A DNA stretch of 64,000 nucleotides from a virus (IMGVR_UViG_3300028888_000051:35384-99383); one strand, 5' to 3'; counted from the first letter of the stretch, positions 39,699 to 48,191 are shown. Notes: generated by a model from the letters alone, not told the origin. Numbers and translations are program-made.

Positions 39699-39745
39699 CC
39701 TTTACGTATAGGGTATTTTGGACTGGGGTCGATTTCAGTAGGTCC

Positions 39746-39813
39746 TTCCTAATTCCTGATTCCAGTCATGAGTCATAAGTCATGATCTATGATCAATAGT
39801 CCATGACTCTATG
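39746..39813. repeat. Degenerate 7-bp tandem array
   Basis: TTCCTAA TTCCTGA ... AGTCATG AGTCATA AGTCATG ATCTATG ATCAATA GTCCATG. Confidence 0.7.
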
Positions 39814-39913
39814 CGTCTGTATCTAGTCTATGTCTAGTTAATTACTGATATTATCCTAGGTATTATCTTATTTGTATTATATTATGTTTTTTTTTTATTC
39901 ACGTAGTTTTTAT

Positions 39914-40222
39914 TTAGCTATAGATTAGATTTAGATATGTATATAATTGTAAAAGCTCTTCATAAGATAATGTTATAATTAATTGATTTTCAGTTAATTC
40001 ATGAATATCTTTTTTAAATATGTCTTTATATAGATTATTTATTGTATTAGTTATGCCTTTATCCGGTGTATATAATATAATTATAAACGTATCTTGATTT
40101 ACTTGGTCTATTTGTATTGTTGATTCTGGATAAGTATAAAAATATCCATTATGTATTTTTATATGATGTTTAAGTAATTCTATAATTCTATTTATTGTAT
40201 TTGATAATATTGTTTTATTCAT
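39914..40222 (-). CDS. Small protein, C-terminal-motif family
   Basis: LIITLSYEELLQLYTYLNL. Confidence 0.6.
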   Translation of the reverse strand: MNKTILSNTINRIIELLKHHIKIHNGYFYTYPESTIQIDQVNQDTFIIILYTPDKGITNTINNLYKDIFKKDIHELTENQLIITLSYEELLQLYTYLNLIYS

Positions 40223-40242
40223 TGACGTATTAATCCCCCTTT

Positions 40243-40638
40243 TTAATATTCTACCACTCTATTTGTAAGTTTAAATAATGTATATAAAGATTCTGCCTCT
40301 GACCTAGTTATATTTATTATATATGATTTAGTTAATTCACCTGGGCTATTATGAGCTGGTATATCCCCATTGTCTATGAATTGTTTTGGTAAAGGAAAAT
40401 ATTGATTTATAATTTGAGTTGTAAAAGGTAAAAATATTTTATGAATGTTTTCTGGCTCATATATGATTTGTAATTCCAATTGAAGGTTAGAAGATCCTTT
40501 TTGCCTATTTATTTTAAATAAATGATTTACACTAGGCATAATTTTATTATCGTATGCTGTATTATTTTTATGTATTATTTCAAACCTTAATATATTCCAA
40601 AGATAATTCCTTATAGTCCTAATATTTGTTTTTGCCAT
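40243..40638 (-). CDS. Small protein, C-terminal-motif family
   Basis: GGAGG SD; AESLYTLFKL. Confidence 0.65.
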   Translation of the reverse strand: MAKTNIRTIRNYLWNILRFEIIHKNNTAYDNKIMPSVNHLFKINRQKGSSNLQLELQIIYEPENIHKIFLPFTTQIINQYFPLPKQFIDNGDIPAHNSPGELTKSYIINITRSEAESLYTLFKLTNRVVEY

Positions 40639-40754
40639 TATATACCTCCAAGTATATTATATTAATATAAATATATGCTTATAAAATTAAATTGTAAAAC
40701 CGTTTATAAAACCATTGGTTTCTTTATTAAAATTTGAAATTATATAATAACATA

Positions 40755-41144
40755 CTATATTATCCAATTAATAAAATTATCATTTAAAATAATAGATTCT
40801 TGATATTTATTTTCTAATTTTAATAATGTCTTTATATCTGATAATATATTTTTATTATTTTCTAATAAATTCAAATTAAAATAAATATGTATTGTTGTAC
40901 ATGTATCAATAGTTTCTAATTTAACCTCTAAATTAATTTTTTCCTGTAATGTCTTTATAATATGTTCATTAAAAAATATAATGTAATCATAAGTATAACA
41001 TGAAACATATGAATTTTCATTTAACATTAACATTATATTTTCTAAACTTATTTCTTGTATATCAAAACAATTAATAACTGTAATTATTAACTCTTTTACT
41101 ATAAAAGGTATATTATTTTTATTTTGAAGAGATAAGGTTTTCAA
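40755..41144 (-). CDS. Small protein, C-terminal-motif family (distant)
   Basis: LSDIKTLLKLENK. Confidence 0.55.
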   Translation of the reverse strand: MKTLSLQNKNNIPFIVKELIITVINCFDIQEISLENIMLMLNENSYVSCYTYDYIIFFNEHIIKTLQEKINLEVKLETIDTCTTIHIYFNLNLLENNKNILSDIKTLLKLENKYQESIILNDNFINWII

Positions 41145-41589
41145 TAGTATACTCCGGATTTTTTAAAATGTAACTTATCATATATAATATATCATCATAC
41201 AATTCTTTTGAAAATTCATATGATGTATAGGCATATAATTTAGATACTAGTTGAAAATAATCATAAATATCTACGCTAAATTCTTTTAAAGGTCCATTAG
41301 ATATATCATTATATGTATGGATCATAAATATATTTTTATCATTATAATATGTTAAATCTATAAAATGATGTCTAGTATTAAATTTGTCAAGAACAGCTAT
41401 AAATATATATAAATGTCCATATGGATACATTAATTCAGTATCTATACCATACGAATACCCGTCTTTTTCTACTCTCAACTTATTGCGTCTATACTTATAC
41501 CAATTATAATTCATATTCTTATCCCCCAAAGTGAGATACGAGCCATAAAATTGTAAAAAATACAATAATCCATCTAAAAGCATATGCAA
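41119..41589 (-). CDS. Hypothetical phage protein
   Basis: Likely start MNYNWY after GGGGGA. Confidence 0.55.
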   Translation of the reverse strand: MHMLLDGLLYFLQFYGSYLTLGDKNMNYNWYKYRRNKLRVEKDGYSYGIDTELMYPYGHLYIFIAVLDKFNTRHHFIDLTYYNDKNIFMIHTYNDISNGPLKEFSVDIYDYFQLVSKLYAYTSYEFSKELYDDILYMISYILKNPEYTIENLISSK

Positions 41590-42472
41590 CAGGAAAGATA
41601 AAGTATTTTATAATTCTATCAAATATCCAATATAAACAATATCCACAAAAAGCAAATATTTTACTTATAATCAGTATATTCAATAAAGTAGTCCAACCTA
41701 GTGTTTCTAAAAAATTATTTTTACTTACAATATATACGAAATACTTTAACCATTTAATTGTATAATTAGTATTTTTCATAGCATTAGTTGGTTTTAATTT
41801 TTTTATTAATTTGTTACGTAAAATTAAAGGTAACGTTAGCAAATATACTAGCATTGTTCCAAAAAGTGATAAAATATTTCTATTCCAAATACTTTTTATA
41901 CAAGATTCGAATTTGTAATTCTGAAATTCTTCTAAAATTTTAAATATAGGTTCAGAATCAACATTTTTATAATATTGATTATCTTCATACCAATCAAAAG
42001 GAAAATCTTCATTATTAACTATTTCATCATCATATTTTTCTTCTTCTTTTTTAGCATTAACAAAGGCTGTTGTAAATTGACTAATTATACTATCAGTGAT
42101 ATTTAATTGGTTGAGTATAATATCAGTTAATTCATCTTTATTTAAATTTTTGTTTTTTAATTTATTATAGATATCATTTATTTGTACTGATATGTCATCA
42201 TCTATTGTTTCTGAATATTTAGCTGTCTTAGTTAAATTATCATAAACTAAACTAGATTTTATACCATGAGCCAAATCATATTCTTTTCTTTTAATTGGAT
42301 CAGATAATGTTTGATAAGCATTAGTAATTTCTTTAAATAAATTACCTGTTTTTGGATTTATATCTGGATGATATGTTTTAGCTAAAAAATAATAAGCACG
42401 TTTCAAATCCTCTTTTGATACGTCATAAGAAACTTCTAATATAGCATAGTAATCTTTAGCTTTTTTGACCAT
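41519..42472 (-). CDS. DnaJ (J-domain) protein with C-terminal hydrophobic helices
   Basis: DYYAILEV...LKRAY..LAK.YHPD.N...FKEITNAYQTLSDP..R.EYD. Confidence 0.85.
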   Translation of the reverse strand: MVKKAKDYYAILEVSYDVSKEDLKRAYYFLAKTYHPDINPKTGNLFKEITNAYQTLSDPIKRKEYDLAHGIKSSLVYDNLTKTAKYSETIDDDISVQINDIYNKLKNKNLNKDELTDIILNQLNITDSIISQFTTAFVNAKKEEEKYDDEIVNNEDFPFDWYEDNQYYKNVDSEPIFKILEEFQNYKFESCIKSIWNRNILSLFGTMLVYLLTLPLILRNKLIKKLKPTNAMKNTNYTIKWLKYFVYIVSKNNFLETLGWTTLLNILIISKIFAFCGYCLYWIFDRIIKYFIFPVAYAFRWIIVFFTILWLVSHFGG

Positions 42473-42548
42473 TTTTCTAATCCTTTCTTTAATTTACTAT
42501 ATATAATATATAATAAAATAGGAAAAAAGTAAAGCCGTTTAAAACGAT

Positions 42549-42638
42549 TGGGGAAAGGCCAGGAATCTCACCTGGGCAGTCAAAATATTGACAACATAAA
42601 TAAATTATGCTACTTTTGTTTATCTCAGTCACCTTTCC
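42549..42638 (-). ncRNA. Non-canonical tRNA-like RNA (long variable arm; loop ATTTATT)
   Basis: Acceptor GGAAAGG/CCTTTCC then CCA, T-arm CCAGG-TGAGATT-CCTGG, variable stem GTCAA/TTGAC. Confidence 0.55.
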
Positions 42639-42647
42639 ATAAAATAT

Positions 42648-42851
42648 TTATTTTTTTGATTTTTTTCTAATATAACTATCTATTGTAGAAGAAATTATAA
42701 AAATCCCAAAAATGATATCTATTGTTAGTAATGCATACATAATCCAGCCTGAAAAATTTAAAAAATCATATATACCTAAACCAACAAATATTAAAAAATA
42801 AAGTATTAATGTCAACACTAACATGATATTTTCCTTTCTAATTTTATACAA
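42648..42851 (-). CDS. Small two-TM membrane protein
   Basis: Two hydrophobic segments and a basic tail. Confidence 0.6.
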   Translation of the reverse strand: MYKIRKENIMLVLTLILYFLIFVGLGIYDFLNFSGWIMYALLTIDIIFGIFIISSTIDSYIRKKSKK

Positions 42852-42896
42852 TTTATAATATTATATAGCATATAATTTAAAAAGTAAAGTCATAAA

Positions 42897-42926
42897 ATAA
42901 AAAAGCTGGATTTTACGTATCCAGCT
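42897..42926 (-). terminator. Intrinsic terminator downstream of the tRNA region
   Basis: AGCTGGAT-ACGTAAA-ATCCAGCT-TTTTT on the minus strand. Confidence 0.75.
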
Positions 42927-43163
42927 AAAGTTTGTCTAACAACGAAGAGTTAAATAAATTTTTTATCGTTATATATATTTCGCATGCTATACTTTATATA
43001 TAACAATACCGATTCTCTTATACCGAACAGTTTTTTAGTGTAGCATAAAGCAATAAACTGTAAAACTAATTATTTTATTAAATAGCAAAAATAATCAAAA
43101 TGCTAATGGAATTTACCATCATAGTCGTTACTTTTGACAATGGGATACGACACCCCCAAAAAC

Positions 43164-43239
43164 TGGTGGAGAATAGGAGACTTGAACTCCTTACCTACTG
43201 AATGCAAATCAGTCGCTCTCCCAGATGAGCTAATTCCCC
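43164..43239 (-). tRNA. tRNA-Ala(TGC)
   Basis: Cloverleaf, G3:U70 pair, loop TT-TGC-AT, encoded CCA. Confidence 0.93.
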
Positions 43240-43726
43240 TCCAAATTAAAAATAACCAATTCTTTAAGCGTGTTAGGTATGCCGTCTTGATACTGACTAC
43301 TCCTTACATCATCATTCTTAGTTGTATGATGACAGCCTAATAATCTCATAATTGACATTTTGCACATAGAGGCATCTTGGTATTCCTTTTGCCAATACTG
43401 GCAACTTTATAATCTAGCTGAGAGACTCCTGACTACTCTCAAGTTATTAATAAGCGTATTATTCAGTCACTTCCGCGTAAATTAGCTATTTTTACGTTAT
43501 ATAGGAAGGTAGGATTGATTACCTACAAACGGATACAGATGTCAGTAATATTCAACTACGATTTGTCCGTTTCTTACGTCACTACAGGTTGGCCGACCTG
43601 CGCTATTTTAACCTTATACTTCTTATTACATCCAACCACAAATAAATCTTTTCAGAATTTATTTATGTACTCTTATTAGCCATCAACTAATTATTCGAGT
43701 AAAGCCTGATAATAATTAAAATAGAT

Positions 43727-43802
43727 TGGTAGCGGGGGTGGGAATTGCACACCACGACCTTCAGGTTATGAGCCTGACAAGCTACTACTGCTCTACCCCG
43801 CA
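43727..43802 (-). tRNA. tRNA-fMet(CAT), initiator-like
   Basis: TGCGGGG acceptor with a 1:72 mismatch, TCAGG-CTCATAA-CCTGA, CCA. Confidence 0.85.
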
Positions 43803-43884
43803 ACAAATAAGTAATTGTTTAGAACTATTTTATTTTTATTTAATTATAATATAATGGTAAAAATTTATTTGTAAAACCTTTTTA

Positions 43885-43960
43885 TGGGGTGATCGATGGG
43901 ACTTGAACCCATATCCTCCAGAACCACAATCTAGCGCTTTACCAATTAAGCTACGAACAC
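43885..43960 (-). tRNA. tRNA-His(GTG)
   Basis: Loop TT-GTG-GT, C73, CCA. Confidence 0.92.
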
Positions 43961-44004
43961 AAGAATAGACCAGATATACTGATATATACTTCTATTCGTA
44001 AAAT

Positions 44005-44078
44005 TGGCAAGGGTTGACTGAATCGAACAATCATCTTTACTTTTGGAGAGTAAGGTTTTACCATTAAACTAAACCCCT
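44005..44078 (-). tRNA. tRNA-Trp(CCA)
   Basis: TTACT-CTCCAAA-AGTAA, G73, CCA. Confidence 0.92.
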
Positions 44079-44083
44079 ATTTT

Positions 44084-44158
44084 TGGAGCGATTCATGAGA
44101 ATTGAACTCATATCTTTAGTTTGGAAGACTAACATAATAACCATTATACGAGAATCGC
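44084..44158 (-). tRNA. tRNA-Gly(TCC)
   Basis: GCG acceptor, loop CT-TCC-AA, U73, CCA. Confidence 0.93.
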
Positions 44159-44160
44159 AT

Positions 44161-44234
44161 TGGAGAACCGTAAGGGAGTCTAACCCCTCTAATTCGGGTT
44201 GCAGCCGAATGCATAAACGCTCTGCCAACGGTCC
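44161..44234 (-). tRNA. tRNA-Cys(GCA)
   Basis: TTCGG-CTGCAAC-CCGAA, U73, CCA. Confidence 0.9.
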
Positions 44235-44236
44235 AT

Positions 44237-44312
44237 TGGTGGCAACAACTTGACTTGAACAAGTAACTACATCCTTATGAGAGATGCTTTCTACCAATTG
44301 AAATATGTTGCC
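44237..44312 (-). tRNA. tRNA-Met(CAT), elongator-like
   Basis: GGC acceptor, loop CT-CAT-AA, A73; Ile2 not excluded. Confidence 0.8.
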
Positions 44313-44313
44313 A

Positions 44314-44389
44314 TGGTGTGTGCAGTAGGGCTCGAACCTACGACTCACGGCTTAAAAGGCCGTTACTCTACCAACTGAGTTATACACAC
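44314..44389 (-). tRNA. tRNA-Lys(TTT)
   Basis: ACGGC-CTTTTAA-GCCGT, CCA. Confidence 0.93.
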
Positions 44390-44391
44390 AT

Positions 44392-44467
44392 TGGTGGATC
44401 CTCAGAGAATCGAACTCCATCCTTCTGTTCTTCAGACAGACGTACGCACCAGCTATACCAAAGATCC
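44392..44467 (-). tRNA. tRNA-Phe(GAA)
   Basis: TCTGT-CTGAAGA-ACAGA, CCA. Confidence 0.92.
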
Positions 44468-44481
44468 AAATTTATAATAAT

Positions 44482-44514
44482 AAAAAAACCTCTGAACTTT
44501 TTATTTTCAGAGGT
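44482..44514 (-). terminator. Attenuator terminator upstream of the Phe-Lys-Met-Cys-Gly-Trp-His tRNA array
   Basis: ACCTCTGAA-AATAAAAAG-TTCAGAGGT-TTTTTT; the 5' arm can alternatively pair with GGAGGTA in the leader ORF. Confidence 0.85.
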
Positions 44515-44552
44515 ATGCCTTTAATCTTAATTTTATTTATTAATAAGGTTAA

Positions 44553-44627
44553 TTAAACATTACCTCCGCTAGTTTTACCGGCGAAGCCAAACATATGCCA
44601 ACATTTTTTAACCATATTAATCATCAT
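44553..44627 (-). CDS. Putative attenuator leader peptide 1: MMINMVKKCWHMFGFAGKTSGGNV
   Basis: ATG 4 nt after GTTCTATA; core KKCWHMFGF covers all 7 amino acids of the downstream tRNAs. Confidence 0.8.
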   Translation of the reverse strand: MMINMVKKCWHMFGFAGKTSGGNV

Positions 44628-44812
44628 ATTATATAGAACCTTTCTTTATTTTATATTTTATATATAATTTAAATTTTTTTATTTGTAAAACTGTTTTAAA
44701 TAAGAAATAATATTAAATTGAAAAACTTTACGTATTTTTCTTGAGTACTTCCCAACAACGGTTAACACTTAAAGGAGTTAAAGTCAGCATTATATTGGAA
44801 GTAATTGTATTA

Positions 44813-45106
44813 TTAATAACACAAATCAGAATTTGTACAAGAATTATATGGCTTACGACTATATGATACTTCTTCATATGTCTTAGGCTCATATACTGTT
44901 GTGTATGTAATATCTTTATAAATTACTTCTACAGGTTTTGAAACTGTATAAGATGTAGAACAAGTATTACATTCATTATAATAAGATACATTATGTGTTA
45001 CAACTGGTTTGGTTTCTTGTACTTTTTGTACAGGCTGAATTTCTTCTGTTTCACAACATGTACAACCACTTAATAACATTAAACTCAATATTAAAAATTT
45101 TTTCAT
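44813..45106 (-). CDS. Putative lipoprotein
   Basis: MKKFLILSLMLLSGC lipobox; GGAGG SD. Confidence 0.75.
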   Translation of the reverse strand: MKKFLILSLMLLSGCTCCETEEIQPVQKVQETKPVVTHNVSYYNECNTCSTSYTVSKPVEVIYKDITYTTVYEPKTYEEVSYSRKPYNSCTNSDLCY

Positions 45107-45166
45107 TTTATTCCCTCCAAAAAGGCATCAATATTTTTAAAACAATTGTTATATAACAAGAACTTT

Positions 45167-45388
45167 TTATTTTGTAAAACCTTTATTATTTTCATAATCT
45201 AAAAAATTATTTATTGAATTATATGTCATATTTATTAATGTACTACTAGATTCTTCATTAAATTTATTTTTACCATCATAAAAATTTAACATATATAGTA
45301 ATTGACAAAAATTCATATTTGGATATTTTTTGACATAGTATTCTAAAGTTTTTAGAATTTCTTCATTGTATTCTAATTTTGATTTCAT
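45167..45388 (-). CDS. Hypothetical protein; paralog of the N-terminus of 52137-52601
   Basis: KKYPNMNFCQLL vs KKYPELRFQQLL; F.EES..T vs FYENS..T. Confidence 0.6.
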   Translation of the reverse strand: MKSKLEYNEEILKTLEYYVKKYPNMNFCQLLYMLNFYDGKNKFNEESSSTLINMTYNSINNFLDYENNKGFTK

Positions 45389-45417
45389 ATTAAAATATTC
45401 CTTTCTTTTATAGTAGA

Positions 45418-45612
45418 TTATTTAAGTACTAACATACAATTTTTAATATTTAAATAATCTACTATATCTTTTTTCCAATTAAACTTTTTAAACTTCTTCT
45501 TTTTGTTTGGTATAATTTTTGTTCTTAACATACCGCTTTGCCACATATTCATCAATTGTAAATTACGAATTTTTGGCTTTTTTAATTTAATAGTTATAAT
45601 TTCTTTTTTCAT
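45418..45612 (-). CDS. Small basic protein
   Basis: AGGAG SD; Lys-rich. Confidence 0.55.
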   Translation of the reverse strand: MKKEIITIKLKKPKIRNLQLMNMWQSGMLRTKIIPNKKKKFKKFNWKKDIVDYLNIKNCMLVLK

Positions 45613-45634
45613 AAATTTTCTCCTAATAAAAAAT

Positions 45635-45727
45635 TGGCGGATACTGTAGGGCTCGAACCTACGCGAGATGTTACCATCCCCTAACGGTTTAGCAAACCGT
45701 CCTCTTCACCAACTTGAGTAAGTATCC
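45635..45727 (-). tRNA. tRNA-Ser(GCT)
   Basis: ACGGT-TTGCTAA-ACCGT, long variable arm, G73, CCA. Confidence 0.92.
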
Positions 45728-45757
45728 AAAAAAGGAGGAAATTAATCCTCCATAAAA

Positions 45758-46063
45758 TTATTTTTTCTTTTTAAATTTAGATTTAATCCAATTATATAAA
45801 CAAACTAAACTTTTCCAAATCATTTTTAATGTCGACGTAATAAAATCAATTAAAAAAGATTTGATAATTTTATATAAGCCACTAAAAATTGCTTTTAACC
45901 AAGCCCACAAAGCTTTTAAAAAAGACACAATAGGTTCTTTAATTAAATGCCAAGAAGTTGAAAATAAACTTCTTATTGCTTTCCAAGCTTCAGTAGAAAA
46001 AGATTTTAAACTTTTCCACCACTCTTTTATAATTTCTTTAAATGTCATTTGAGTTATCTCCAT
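45758..46063 (-). CDS. Amphipathic Trp/Lys-rich helical repeat protein
   Basis: W..(L/I)K.. repeats with about 11-residue periodicity. Confidence 0.55.
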   Translation of the reverse strand: MEITQMTFKEIIKEWWKSLKSFSTEAWKAIRSLFSTSWHLIKEPIVSFLKALWAWLKAIFSGLYKIIKSFLIDFITSTLKMIWKSLVCLYNWIKSKFKKKK

Positions 46064-46074
46064 AAATTACATAT

Positions 46075-46177
46075 TGGTGGGAAGTTGTGGAATCGAACCA
46101 TCCGTCTCTTTAACTAGTACTTACGAGGACAAGGGTACTAGTCCTTGTCATAGTCTCCATAGCTATATAAGCTTCCC
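46075..46177 (-). ncRNA. tRNA-like RNA with a pseudoknot in place of the anticodon arm
   Basis: GGGAAG/CTTCCC-A-CCA acceptor, TGG-TTCGATT-CCA T-arm; interlocked GACAAGG/CCTTGTC and ACTAGTAC/GTACTAGT stems. Confidence 0.6.
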
Positions 46178-46439
46178 TTAAATGATTGATTATTACTTTA
46201 TTTGTCGTGAAAGCGTTAGGCAAGGTTAGGTCAACAAAGTCTTTCGGTTATCACAGCTTCCCTAAGAAAATTCCTATTAGCCTTTTCGATGGTTGCCTCT
46301 ATCATCTGTGTATTAGATTTACATAATCAATCTTCTGCACGACCAGAATAATTTTACTCCCATTATTAAAATACTGGTGGTTAATTCCACGAACAGAGAA
46401 TTGTGCTGTGTTAAACCTGAAGCCTCTGGAGTTCAATAT

Positions 46440-46667
46440 TTATTTTTGTAAATAATTTATAATATCTTTAACAGTTATAAATTTTTCCATTGCTGCATCT
46501 GGAATATCTTTTCCAAAGTTTTCTTCTAATAAAACAGTAATTTCTACTAAATCGAGACTATCCATATATAAATCATCTGATAATTTTGAATTTTCAGTTA
46601 TAGTTTCTTTTGAAATTCCTAAATTTTCAGACAAGATAGACTTAACTTTTTCTAGAGTTTTATCCAT
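46440..46667 (-). CDS. acpP: Acyl carrier protein
   Basis: DDLYMDSLDLVEI...LEE.FG..IPD...EK..TV.DII.Y with the phosphopantetheine Ser. Confidence 0.9.
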   Translation of the reverse strand: MDKTLEKVKSILSENLGISKETITENSKLSDDLYMDSLDLVEITVLLEENFGKDIPDAAMEKFITVKDIINYLQK

Positions 46668-46676
46668 GTTATACCT

Positions 46677-46871
46677 TTATTTTTTCTTTTTCTTTGTTTC
46701 AATTACAACAGATGTTTCTTTTTTTGGACCTTTTGTATTACATTTTGGAGCTTTACCAATATTTGGATTTAATTTATTATTATAAATAATAGGACTTAAC
46801 TTTAAATATTTTCCCCATTTCTTTTTAAATTGTTGTTCTTCGAAATTCTTCTTTTTTTCTTCATCTGTCAT
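46677..46871 (-). CDS. Small basic hypothetical protein
   Basis: AAGGAGG SD. Confidence 0.6.
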   Translation of the reverse strand: MTDEEKKKNFEEQQFKKKWGKYLKLSPIIYNNKLNPNIGKAPKCNTKGPKKETSVVIETKKKKK

Positions 46872-46886
46872 AATTATCCTCCTTAA

Positions 46887-47261
46887 TTAATGTGAAAAAT
46901 TTTTAAAATGTTGTTTTGTTTGTATAAATATATTATTATCCATACTTTTTGCTTTTTCTTCAGCTAATCTGTCATAATAAGCATATCTATCTTTCGTTAA
47001 TGGATAATAATATAATGCTTTCGAATCTAAAATAACATATTTTTTAATTTCTTGCTCTGATTTATTTGCATATACATCACATAGCATATCAAAAAACTGT
47101 TGCTGTAACTCTTCATCTTGCATAGACTTTTTATAATATCGTGACATTTTATGAGCTTCTAATGCAATATTAGCTTGAGTTTCTATAGCTCTTTGTTTAT
47201 CACCAGACAATTTAATAAATTTAGACTCCTTTTTTAAAAATGAAAAATGTCTATAATTCAT
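46887..47261 (-). CDS. Hypothetical phage protein
   Basis: GTTCTAA motif upstream (47309-47315). Confidence 0.65.
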   Translation of the reverse strand: MNYRHFSFLKKESKFIKLSGDKQRAIETQANIALEAHKMSRYYKKSMQDEELQQQFFDMLCDVYANKSEQEIKKYVILDSKALYYYPLTKDRYAYYDRLAEEKAKSMDNNIFIQTKQHFKNFSH

Positions 47262-47441
47262 TTTAATTGTATCCTATAAAAATTTATAAAATTAATCAAA
47301 CATTATCATTAGAACTAAAATATCATTTGTCCATTTTAAAAATAAGACCTAGGAATTTTTAAAACTCTATGTCATTTCATAGGACAGATCATAACATTAC
47401 TAAGATGTCATAGGATTACTGGGACAATTCTTTATATAAAT

Positions 47442-47517
47442 TGGCTAGGGAAGGTGGGATCGAACCACCAGTCTTCCGAGTCAAAGTCGGAAATTTTACC
47501 AATTAAACTATTCCCTA
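47442..47517 (-). tRNA. tRNA-Gln(TTG)
   Basis: U1:A72, loop CT-TTG-AC, G73, CCA. Confidence 0.92.
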
Positions 47518-47578
47518 AATAAAAAAAAAGAAGGGAACAGGGACCATATGATGTAATCTCAGTGTATTGTTCCCATAA

Positions 47579-47710
47579 TGACAGTTGGAGGAGGAGTCGA
47601 ACCTCACACTATATAACTTTGCAGAGCTATATATTTCCCTCTACTTCCCGTTTTCTTAATCAAACTTTCTTACTGCAATAGTACTTATTTGACATAGTAG
47701 AGCCCCAACC
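47579..47710 (-). ncRNA. tRNA-like RNA with a greatly expanded D-arm
   Basis: GGTTGGG/TCCAACT acceptor, GAGG-TTCGACT-CCTC T-arm, CTCTACT...AGTAGAG closing a long insert, stem with loop CTGCAA; 3' end TCA. Confidence 0.5.
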
Positions 47711-47792
47711 ATAAAAATAGTGACTTTTTGATCATATAGTTTATCACTATTGAACCTAAACGGAGAAGTCACTAAAGAAACTCCCTAAAACT

Positions 47793-47886
47793 TGGCACCT
47801 CGTAAACTGATTCGAACAGCATTCCCGTACTAATTGACTGGAGCTATAGACTATTCAATTAGCGGTCACCATGACTACAACGAGGT
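47793..47886 (-). ncRNA. tRNA-like RNA with an extended anticodon arm
   Basis: ACCTCGT/ACGAGGT-G-CCA, D-arm GTC-ATGGT-GAC, 9-bp stem with a 17-nt loop, T-loop TTCGAAT. Confidence 0.6.
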
Positions 47887-47891
47887 ATAAT

Positions 47892-47970
47892 TGGCGCCCT
47901 CACATGATTTTCACACGTTATCTTGGACCTACATCCTAAGCTATCTATTCGCGACTAGATATAACAGGGC
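47892..47970 (-). ncRNA. Degenerate tRNA-like RNA
   Basis: GCCCT/AGGGC-G-CCA with three internal hairpins in cloverleaf order and non-canonical loops. Confidence 0.45.
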
Positions 47971-48191
47971 ATAAAAATGTCACCAGTTTTTACCCTTTAT
48001 CCACTCACTGTTCGAACATCTTAGTGTTGGAGGATCAAGTTACCATTTTCGACAGCACATAGTTACTTAGGCGATCAATTCTAAGTACTAACAACTGATA
48101 AACTTGTCTAATTATATAAACATCAACTTAATACTTATTCAGCGTACTTTCATATTAAATTGTACTAGTCTATATAATCATGAATTAGAAT

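Noticed and set aside
42897-42926. RNase P RNA 3' motif
   Set aside because: Explained as a terminator hairpin; no upstream GAGGAAAGTCC motif seen.
43105-43157. tmRNA 5' end (GGGGGTG on the minus strand)
   Set aside because: I found no matching T-arm and acceptor 3' end and no tag reading frame.
46113-46142. Invertible segment restoring a Val (CTTACGA) anticodon loop
   Set aside because: Inverting between the 8-bp repeats does not create a paired anticodon stem, and no recombinase is in the window.
47292-47315. Third attenuator leader (MIMFD) at the GTTCTAA motif
   Set aside because: Only 5 codons, overlapping the promoter motif, with no terminator/antiterminator pair downstream.
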